64,000 nt of DNA, from assembly GCF_009914755.1 (NCBI RefSeq), contig NC_060935.1; one strand, 5' to 3'. This DNA is from the human T2T-CHM13v2.0 reference genome, Homo sapiens. How positions within the stretch are numbered: position 1 is the stretch's first letter; each line of letters opens with the position of its first letter. The notes beneath the pieces are model-generated. The model searched no databases. It was not told the DNA's origin and was given only the letters and a program-made list of their open reading frames with translations. Shown one piece after another: positions 50,341 to 64,000 of this stretch. A program made the position numbers and the translations under genes.

Positions 50341-50891
50341 CTAGAGTCCATAAACTTGTATCACATTCTGACTGTACCTTATTTGATCTTGGTCAAATAA
50401 CTTAAACTCTTGGAGTCTTGATTTCATCATTTGTAAAGTTGTAAATGACTTCATCATTTGTAAAGAGTAATAATACCTCATATAGAGTTGTTAATAGGAC
50501 CTACTTCAGTGGTTTGCTAGGAGGATTAATTGAGATGATACACACAAAGCACTTAATACAGTGATTGGCAAGTAGCAAACACTGGATAAAAGTGTTTTTA
50601 ACATAAATAAAAGCTATTTATAATAATAATAGTTAATGCTTATATAGTTCCTTCTGTGCACCAAGTATTATTTTAAGCATTAGTCCCAAATTACAAATGA
50701 GAAAACTGAGACATGAAGTGCCTTGACCATAGTCACACGGCTAGTCAGTGTCAGAGCTCATATTAAAACTCAGGTAATCTGTGTCTAGAGGCTGGACTCT
50801 TAAGTATTACACATTAATGTCTCCCTACAATAATGGGAAGTATTTTTATTAATATCACTTCAAATAAATTGATCAGTTAAACTGATCTGTT

Positions 50892-52608
<1,717 letters not shown>

Positions 52609-52683
52609 ACTTTGTTGAGCACCTTTTAAGTATAAAGCACAAAATTAAAGACATACAAGGAAATACCTGTATTAAAAACATCT

Positions 52684-52984
52684 TGGCTGGGTGTGGTAGC
52701 TCACAACTGTAATCCCGGCACTTTGAGAGGCCAAGGCAGATGGATTGCTTGAGCCCAGGAGTTCAAAACCAGCCAGTACAACATGGTGAAACTCTGTCTC
52801 TACAAAAATTATAAAAGATTAGCCGGTTGTAATGGCATGCACCTGTAGTACCAGCTAGTCAGGAAGCTGAGGTAGGAGGATCGCTTGAGCCCAGGACACG
52901 GAGGTTACAGTGAGCCAAGATCGCGCCTCTATACTCCAGTCTGGATGACAGAGTGAGACCCTATCTCAAAAAAGAAAAAGAAAG
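52684..52984 (+). mobile_element. AluJ
   Basis: Dimer sequence. Confidence 0.88.
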
Positions 52985-53153
52985 ACATCTTATGTGGCCT
53001 CATCAGACTCTCTTAGCCTCACCTGTCTCCAACACCCTGCAGTGACTCACTCTGTGTCCCTTGCACCATTTCTAGGCACTGCAGAGCTTGAAATCTGGCT
53101 TCCCCAGGATCTGCTGAGAGGGCTAAGCAACACAACTCAAACATATAGTGTGA

Positions 53154-53298
53154 GGCCAGGCGTCTTGGCTCACGCCTGTAATCCCAATGCTGTGGAAGGC
53201 CAAGGTAGGTGGATTGCTTGAGCCCAGGAGTTCAAGACCAGCCTGGGCAATATTGAGAAACCCCATCTCTATTTAAAAAAAAAAAAGAAAGAAAGAAA
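53154..53298 (+). mobile_element. FLAM / Alu left monomer
   Basis: Single left arm plus A-rich tail. Confidence 0.8.
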
Positions 53299-53814
53299 GT
53301 GCAGTGTGTTATCTCCCCTATGTGAGGAGGGCATGGGAGCAGGGCAACAGATAAACTCCTCCCATCCTCTATCCATGGACTGCTCCAAGCATGGCTTGTC
53401 CACACTACTTGTCTGGAACCATCCCTCGTGGCCAAGCAGAAGCACCTACTGAGGGCTCAGCTGGGTCTTGTGTGATATATCAAACGCAAGGGCCTCATAA
53501 CAACAGATCGCCTGCGTTTGTTTCCCAGCTGTTTCTATCCGATTTCCCTTTTCCCTCATTCTCACCTGTGATTGACCAGACTCTGTTTATTAGAAAATCT
53601 TTGTTATAAACCTAAAGAGTTTATACTAAAGCTTTAGAAAGTTTAGGCCTATGTATATATAAAACAAGTAACAGTGCAAATCACTAGTTGATAAACACCA
53701 GATGAGAGGAATACAGCCAGGCACAAGTTTGAGGTCCAGCCTGAATGTTATTAACCACTTAATTTTTTATTTTCTGTGCCTCGGTTTTCTCATATATAAA
53801 CTATAGATAGTGAT

Positions 53815-54135
53815 ACGTGCGTTGCACTTTCATACGTTGCTGATGGGAATGAAAAATGGTATGACCCCAGGGAAGAAAATTTGACCATATTTATCAAAAT
53901 ATAGCATGCTTTTACCCTTTGATCCTGCAGTCCCAGTCTGGAAATTTGTCCTACGGATACTCTTGCATTCATATGAAAAATCTATTCACTGCATTGTTGT
54001 TTATAGCAGATTAGAAACAATCCAAGCGTCCACCATCAAGAACTACATCCACACAATGGAATACTGTGCCACTGAAAAAAGAAAAGGGAAGCTCTCAGAG
54101 AACTGCTGTGGAGGGTACTCTAGAATATGTGTTAA
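53815..54135 (+). mobile_element. Old L1 (L1ME-like) fragment
   Basis: gttgctgatgggaatgaaaaatggta...ccctttgatcctgcagtcccag...catccacacaatggaatactgtgc. Confidence 0.55.
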
Positions 54136-54211
54136 ATGGAAAAGAAAAGAGAAAGAAAGAGAGAGGCAGGTGCAGGACATCTTATGGGCAGTATTATGCT
54201 CTAATTTCTAA

Positions 54212-54468
<257 letters not shown>

Positions 54469-54487
54469 TATTCAAAGAATATCTTTA

Positions 54488-54811
<324 letters not shown>

Positions 54812-57035
54812 GTGTAACTTTTTATACTGTCTTGATTTTTGAACCATGCAAATAGGCTACTTATCCAAAACAAACAAAAAATTTAATGGGAAATTAATAC
54901 CTGCCCTTCAAGAGTTAAATGAGATAATGCATCACATTATCTGCAAGTACTCTGCACAGTACCTGACACAGAGTAGGGTCTCAGTAAATGGTAGCTTCAG
55001 AAATAACTTCCAACTGAAGCAGAGGAAGGAAGGCTTCAACGAGGAAGGAAAGCTTAGCCTAAGTCTAGAGGCTGGGAAAGACTGAGAGAGAAGTAGAGAA
55101 GTGGGGACTATTGCCAAGGAGGGATTGGGAGAAGCAATGGGAGACAGTATTAGTAAGATAGGATGAGGCTGCATAGGAGAGGGTTTGAATGGTAAAATAA
55201 GAACTTGGGATTTTATTCTTTAGGTGATAATAACCATAATTAATCTTTACACTTATACTGTTATCTTATGGTTTATGAAACCTTAATTATAGATTCCCAT
55301 CCAGAAGAAACTCAAATCTTATTGTCTAGAATTTGATACCAACTCAAATGAACATTAGGAGCCTCTAGAATATTCTTGGACTAGAAATGATCTGACAGAG
55401 GTAGCAAATGTCAGAAAGTGCCCATTTAGCAACTGCAAGAGTGGTCAAAGTTGATCATCACCAGGCTGACTTAGTCTGCTAAAGGCTTGCAAACTAAACA
55501 GCAATTTCATATATTTCTCTCTTGGTTATGACTTTGGATTTTTATTTGGTCTTATTTACAGAGAAAAAAGCATTAATCAATTTAAAACCAAAAAAAGGAA
55601 GGGAAACTGACTATCTAAAAGTCAATTGGTTTAACGCCTTTCTACTCTCTGCTAAAAGGACCAAAGTTCGAAACAACTAAACCCCCACAATGAGTTAGAC
55701 CCAGAGGGCTAAATAATAACGTAAGTCAGTTGTCTCAATTTGGATGATTTCCAAATTTACACAACAAAGTTCTTGTTAAATATTCAGGAAGTTCCAATTA
55801 TTTATGATGTAACTTGATATTGACATGGTATCAAATGACCTGACCATCCCCCAAGGCTTAGGAATTTTACATCTAATGACTGACTGCAGGATAACTCTCC
55901 TGACAAGGCTGGAAGGTTGGCAATCAACAATTTTCCTTTGCAATCTATTTTTTCTTTGAAAAAGAAATTCCAATAGGTTGACTGTATTCTCACTGTCTTG
56001 TACATTTCCTGAATTGTGTGCAAGAGGATTTCACGGAGAGAGGGATTTCTATGGCCTTTTTTATGCTGAACTGGCGCTAAGCTCCGGAGACTCACTGCCT
56101 AAACCATTACACACAGATCACCTAACTCTGTTACTGGGTTTGTGATGCTAGATTGATTTACCCATATACCAGGTCAGGAGAAAATGACTTTCCACATCTT
56201 CTTTGCACTAGCAAAGAATGTGGAGATCCTTTTACAGGAAAGAGAAAGGCCTGTACGGGAGCCCGGCGCTAAGCAGACACAATGCCACCTTCCCTGTCAT
56301 TAGGCTACGTGTGGCAAAGGAGCCCCTGTCTGCGATGTGAAAGAAAGCAAAGGGCCTGAAAGAGAATGGCAAGGAGTTGGAGATATTTGCAAAGGATAGG
56401 GAGCTAATGAATGAGTTATTCGAGGCTGGATGGTCTCATAGAAAAAAAACCAAGCTGAGAATTGGGGAACCTGTCCAGTATAATTTATCCCAGCTCCCTC
56501 ATTATCCTCCTGTCTGCGGTGTGGACTTGGGCCAATCACTAAGTCTCCGTGGTAGAATTTCTCTTTTTCCTCTCCAAAGGAAAAATGAACTACAGTCTGT
56601 CAAAGTCTCTAAGGGGCTGGCATTGTTAGAGTAAGTTCTGACCACTTTAACAGCTCTAGCGCAGGTTGGACCAACAAGATTTGGATAAAATGACTAGTCC
56701 CTGGAGGTAGGAGAGGTCTTCTGTTTGGTCCAGTTGTCCATAAAAGCTGTAGGAAGTTAGGCAAATTTCCTCATCAGTAAAACGGGTGTAAATACACCAT
56801 AGGTTGCCAGGTTGTTTTGAGGATTTAAGGTGTATAAAATGCACCTGGTACTGTGCTTGACTCATAATGGGCATCATTATTATTCATCAGCTTGGTTTCC
56901 ACACCTGCAGTTCCTTATCAGTTGTGAACGTTTCCTGTATCAGAAGCAAGGAATGCTATGACAACTAACTTGCATCTTGGATAGATCACTTAACGTGCTT
57001 TGTGCATCAGTTTTCTCATCTAAGAAATAGTAATA

Positions 57036-57339
57036 GGTCTAGCAGTGGCTCAAGCCTATAATCCCAACTCTTTGGGGGAGCTGAGGCAGGAGGATTGCTT
57101 GAGGCCAGTAGTTTGAGACCTGCCTGGGCAACGTAGTGAAACCTTATCTTTACAAAGAATTTAAAAATTAGCCAGGCATGGTGGTGTGCACCTGTAGTCC
57201 CAGCTACTCAGGAGGCTAAGGCAAAAGGATCACTTAAGCCCAGGAGTTTAAGGTTACAGTGAGCCATGATTGCACCACTGCATTTCAGCCTAGGCAATGG
57301 AGTGAGACCCTGTCTCAAAAAAAAGAAAAAAAAAAAAAA
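57036..57339 (+). mobile_element. AluJ inserted in a MIR
   Basis: Dimer with polyA tail; MIR core sequence on both sides. Confidence 0.85.
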
Positions 57340-57920
57340 GACCTTAATAGTACCTATTTTCTATATCTGTTCTGAGGATTAGGTGAAATAATGCATATAA
57401 AGTACTTGGCCCAGACATAACCAACAATAACTAATTTTTATTATTTATTATACATATAACAAGTACATAATCAACAATAAAAATCCACTATTATTATTTT
57501 TCTCATCACCATCATCATCATTGTGGTAAAAATCATTGTGAATTCTACTCCTATAGGTCAAAATTTTCTCTTATTTTTTCAGTTGTTAGCAACTATCATG
57601 CATTAGCAGTGAAAGTTTGAACACACATGAATTACTGATTTGTAGTATCATCTATTACATATTAGTAATATGGAGAATATTTGTTCTACATATTGATACT
57701 TATTCATAAATGACATAGCTTTAGAAGATTTATAAGGATTAAGATAAGCTTGGCCCATGCTCAGCATTATATGAGTGCTTATCAACAAAATAAACACATA
57801 CATACATATATTCAAAGAACAGGAACATCTCTTGAATCTCTATTACTAGTTTTGCTTTTACATTATCTAACCAAGTGTTTCCTCTTCTCTTGGTCAGTTA
57901 AAAGTACTGGCCCCTCGCTT

Positions 57921-58060
57921 TGGCTTGCGCCTGTAATCCTAGCACTTTGGGAGGCTCAAGCAGGCTGATTACTTGAGTCCAAGAGTTTGAGACCAGCCTG
58001 GGCAATGTAGCAAGAACCCCATCTCTATTTATCTATTTAAAAAAAAGAAAAGAAAAAAAA
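57921..58060 (+). mobile_element. FLAM / Alu left monomer
   Basis: Left arm plus A-rich tail. Confidence 0.78.
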
Positions 58061-58115
58061 ATTAAGTACTTATAAATAGCATCGATGCTGATAGCCCTTA
58101 AAAGACATTGGTTCT

Positions 58116-58420
58116 GGGTCTGGCATCGTAGCTCATACCTATAATCCTAGCACTTTGAGAGGCCAAGGTGGGCAGATTACTTGAGGCCAGGAGTTCGAGA
58201 CCAGCCTGGCCAACATGGCAAAACCCCGTCTCTACTAAAAATACAAAATTAGCCGGGTGTGGTGGCGCGCACCTGTAATCCCAGCTACTCAGGAGGCTGA
58301 GGCAGGAGAATCACTTGAACCCAGGAAGCGGAGGTTACAGTGAGCCGAGATCGTGCCACTGCACTCCAGGCTGGGCAACAGAGTGAGACTCCATCTCAAG
58401 AAAAATAAAAAATAAAAACA
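58116..58420 (+). mobile_element. AluS
   Basis: Dimer, TSD approximately aaagaca(t/a)tgg(t/c)tctg. Confidence 0.9.
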
Positions 58421-58827
58421 AAGACAATGGCTCTGCACTGAGCCCTCTGGAGTCAGGCTCCTGTGTCTTCCCCGAAATCATGTCCTCATGCTAGCCTCAT
58501 GCTTCCCACTTTCCCTCTTCTGTGCCTCATCTTCTCTCTCCCCTTGGCCAGATCTTTGACCAGCTTATTTACTACCTGCCTGTTCCCCAGTTACTGTCTG
58601 TCCCATTCTGGGGGTTCTGGGAACCAAATTTCCTGGAAAAAATGGAAACCGCGTTACTGACTCTGCGCCTCCATGTCAGCTGTACCTTTCCCTGGGGGCC
58701 AGAGAGAGGCTGGACCAGGGCATGAGCAGGAAGAGGACACCATGAGAAGAGTGTCTGGAACTCTGGCATCTTGGGGCAGAGGTAGGAGACTAAAGAAGCT
58801 AGTCGCTCCTGCCTTGGGCTGCTCTTC

Positions 58828-59178
58828 TGCAATGGTCTGAATGTTGGTGTTCCCCCCAAATTCATATGTCAGAACCTACTATTCAGTGTGATAGTGTTAA
58901 GACGTAGGGGCCTTTGGGACGTGATTAAGTCATGAAGGCTCCACCCTCATGAATAGGAGTAGAGGCTCAAGTGAGCTTTCTTTGCCCTTCTGCCATGTGA
59001 AGACACAGAAGGAGGTACCATCTTCGAAGCAGATCATGAGCCCTCACCTAACACCAAATCTGCTGGTGCTTTGATTGTAGACTTCCCAGCCTCCAGAACC
59101 GTGAGCAATGAATTCCCACTTTTTAGAAATTACCCAGTGTAAGGTATCTTGTTGTAGCAGCTCTAATGGACTCAGACA
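58828..59178 (+). mobile_element. Full-length ERVL-MaLR solo LTR (MST/MLT1A-like)
   Basis: TGcaatggtctgaatgt...cccccaaattcatatgt...ggggcctttggg...ccctcatgaat...cttcccagcctccagaac...gactcagaCA. Confidence 0.88.
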
Positions 59179-59395
59179 TCTCACAGTTGTTTGGATATAG
59201 ACGTTGCATTCACATTTATGTCAGAAAAGGTGGGAAACCAAGTAGGGAGAGTACACACACAGAGGAATGAGATACCTGAATAAGGGAAGTTCACAGGGAA
59301 GGTGAGAGGGATGGACAAAACTTAAACTTGGGGCCATTTCCCTTCCCCTTCAATCTATTCCTCGTGGACGTGCTGTTACAAAGTTGTTACCCACC

Positions 59396-59768
<373 letters not shown>

Positions 59769-60551
59769 TCAATGAGTGGAGTGGAATGGAGAAAAAGACA
59801 GCAATTTTCTCTCGGTTTCTCCTGGTCATAACTGTAAACTGGCCATAGGCTTCTCTGCATGCTTTCAGACTGAAAAGACTTGAGTGAAGGAATTCAATCT
59901 AAGGTATGAAAAATGGAGAAAAGCTTTAGAATTAGTTCTCTGTGGATCTAAGAGATCCCTATGCAGCAGCAGATTTTCAGATACTCTAGTAGGTCCCTGT
60001 ATTTGGGGGATCTTGACTTTTCATCTTTCAGCTCACAGCAGGCACTTGACTCTCTGTGCTACTAACACTTAAGGTCCAGCCACTTTTCACAGCTTGTCCC
60101 AAAGTCAGTAATTTCCCTGGTGACCAGCAAGGGCTCTAGGGGCTGAGATGAGCAACTTATGACCTGTGTGAATGGTCCCAGAGTGGGAGGGGGCATGGGA
60201 AGACCTGCAGAAGGGCCTGCTCACATGTCTCCTCCTGTCCTTCTCAGACCCCCACCTGCACTGAGGAACACCTCTTTTCCCACCCCTCTGTTCCATTCAT
60301 TTAATGGATTCGTCAAAAGCTCATCACTGAGCCAATTAGCAGCCCAGCTTCTCCACTGCCCCTTCACAAAGGGCTTCCACCTTGATTAAAGGACTGTGCC
60401 TGAGGAGATGCTGTGCTCACAAATGCCAGAGGGAGGAGGCAATGGGGCCTTACCCTAGAGGGAGGAATGGAGTGGGGGTGTTGAGAACTAAGAAAGAAAC
60501 TGAACCAACATGAAATGTTGGGACTTTGGAATCTTTTCCAGAGTGAGATAA

Positions 60552-60959
<408 letters not shown>

Positions 60960-61501
60960 TGAGGATGGCATAGAGAAGACTGGTCCTTATTCAACTCTTC
61001 CCTCTCACTTGTCAGTGTCTTGGCTCCTGACCACAACGTATGGAACCTTTAGGGCCCCCTCCAGACACAGAATCCAGCTTTGTCATCCTCTAACACAGAA
61101 AACATTTCAGGACTTCTTTGGGATGTTCGACCCACCTGGATGTGTCCTGGAACCCTACTACCTGTCTGCAGCAGGAAGTCAAACAGAAGGCAGCCATTCC
61201 CGTCTTCTCTATCAGCATTAGCAGCCACAGTTTAGAAATTCAGCCTGTGCTTTTCTCTAGGGCCTGCATCTGTGCAGACTTCTACCCTCAGGCTTCCCTA
61301 CAAGATGCTCAGAAGGTACTGAACAGAACACGCACTTGGAAAAATGACCAAAAGCACAAAGGCAAGGGAATAGATCACCTTCTCCTTTCTACTTTCTATT
61401 CCCCTACATCTCTCTTTGACTTTAGAGCCCTAAAATTGCCATAGTTCTTAATTTTAGTCAACTTACTACTAATTTTAAAGTATACGAAAATTAGTTAATG
61501 A

Positions 61502-61980
<479 letters not shown>

Positions 61981-62144
61981 AAGTTTCTTCTATCTGTTAC
62001 TAGCTTTGCACCTGTGGAAGAATACAATTGCATATCTGCCCTTGAGACCACTATGCTGTACAGTCTGTCAAATGTGTCTCCAAAACAATTAGAAACCATG
62101 CAAAGCAGCACATAAATAAATACTTATCTGCTATGATGGAGACT

Positions 62145-62434
<290 letters not shown>

Positions 62435-62491
62435 AAAGAGCAAGATAGAAATGGTTCTTGGGAAAATAACTACAGAAAGAGTTGGTTTCCT

Positions 62492-62795
62492 GGCCGGGTG
62501 CGGTGGCTCATGCCTGTAATCCCAGCACTGTGGGAGGCCGAGGCGGGTAGATCACTTGAGGTCAGGAATTCCAGACCAGCCTGGCCAACATGGTGAAACC
62601 CCGTCTCTACTAAAAATACAAAAATTAGCCGGGCGTGGTGGCGGGCACCTGTAATCCCAGCTACTCAGGAGGCTGAGGAAGGAGAATCACTGGAACCCAG
62701 GAGGCGGAGGTTGCAGTGAGCTGAGATCACGCCACTGCCCTCCAGCCTGGGCTACAGAACGAGACTCCGTCTCAAATTAAAAAAAAAGAAAAAAG
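62492..62795 (+). mobile_element. AluSx-like
   Basis: Dimer, TSD agaaagagttggtttcc. Confidence 0.92.
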
Positions 62796-64000
62796 AAAGA
62801 AAGAGTTGGTTTCCACTGTTTCAAGACTAATGGAAGAAACTGTTCTCATGAAGAATGGGAAGGACAACCTATAGACTCACAGGAAGCTAAGGGGTAGGGT
62901 GGGAACCTTGCCTGAGTTAAGAATAAGGAAACTAGGCAAATTCCTCTCTGCAAAATGATGGTAACACTACTGCCTGCCTCATGGTGGTGAGGATTAGAAC
63001 AGTGTCTTGCAAGTAGTAAGCTCAATGTCAGTGTTCACTACACTACTACTGTTTTCGTTCTTAGGTGAACTGTTTTACTTTGGGACTGGCTAGAGGTGGG
63101 GGTTGGGGGACTGGCTTATATTATGGTGTCTTAGGTTAGTGACTGAAACACACTGACAATCTTTGTTCCTGGCAAAGCAACACTATGCTCTCATTTCAAT
63201 CCCACTTATAAATTCTGCAATGGAAAAAATGGAGCTGGCCCTTAGGGAACTCACTATAGGGGCCTGAGACTTGGGCCATGCTCTCACTAAACCCTCTGGC
63301 GGAAGACCTTCGGGCCACCCAGCCCCACCTGGAGGTGGAAGGTGATTAAATGGATGATCTCACCCGGTCCCTTTTGAGAGGGCCTGAGTCTGTGATCCTG
63401 TAAACAGACTCCTATGCATTGCAAACCATGGGCGTTTTTGTGGATTGTTCTTTGTTCAGAAAAAGCCAGAGCAGTTTTGAGAAGTCTGCAGAATGTTAGA
63501 GCTGTCACTTCTAAAGTAACGTAACGCTGTCTGTTACCCCACCTATCAGCAAAGCAAAGCAAGGTATATGTCTCCATGAGTCAGGGTTTATTTAATATTC
63601 ACAACCCCGGCAGTTTTTTGACTGATGAAAATATTTTGCAAACAGAACCTGGTCCTGTTTTTCTCCTCACTCTTTCCCCCTGCCAAATGTAGAGTGAGAG
63701 GTTGGCAGAGGCAGTGCTAAACTAGTAGGGCTGAGGAGATACTATCTCCGTCTCCTTGTAACACAAAACATTTATTTTGCTGGGAGTGAACACAAAATTG
63801 AAAAGGGGCCAAGATTTCTGGGAGCAGGAGGTTTGGTTTTCCCCCTGGCTGGACTGCCTGGTTTGTTGACTTTCTGCCTTTGCCACCCCCTGAGCCACAC
63901 ACCAGCCTTACCTAAGACATAGACCATTACAAAGGCAGCTCTAGAAGCACCAGACTACCCCCACCCCAGCTCCAGGGGAGAGGACCAGCCATTATTCAGC

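Overview
Human genomic DNA (an AluYb8 is present) covering the 5' part of CDON, the Ig/FnIII Hedgehog co-receptor, on the minus strand. It holds coding exons 2-5, the start of exon 6, a ~39 kb first intron and a CpG-island promoter at ~45.0-46.3 kb with two candidate non-coding first exons. The ~18 kb upstream flank contains a 912-bp 16-mer minisatellite (57 units in three blocks) grown from a MaLR LTR, a NAP1L1 processed pseudogene carrying an AluYb8, and many Alu, MIR, L2, L1, LTR and DNA-transposon relics. There is no prokaryote-type system such as CRISPR or an operon. The best leads are: (i) the promoter-proximal minisatellite, which is both an array of 45 WGATAR sites and, if transcribed on +, 57 miR-200b/c/429 7mer-A1 sites ahead of an LTR polyA signal; (ii) the NAP1L1 retrocopy, which appears to preserve a non-canonical, intronically polyadenylated and possibly alternatively spliced mRNA; (iii) an Alu with a twin-priming-type 5' inversion inside intact TSDs. 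Gene, repeat and miRNA identities are from recalled sequences, not searches. Boundaries of old repeats are approximate.
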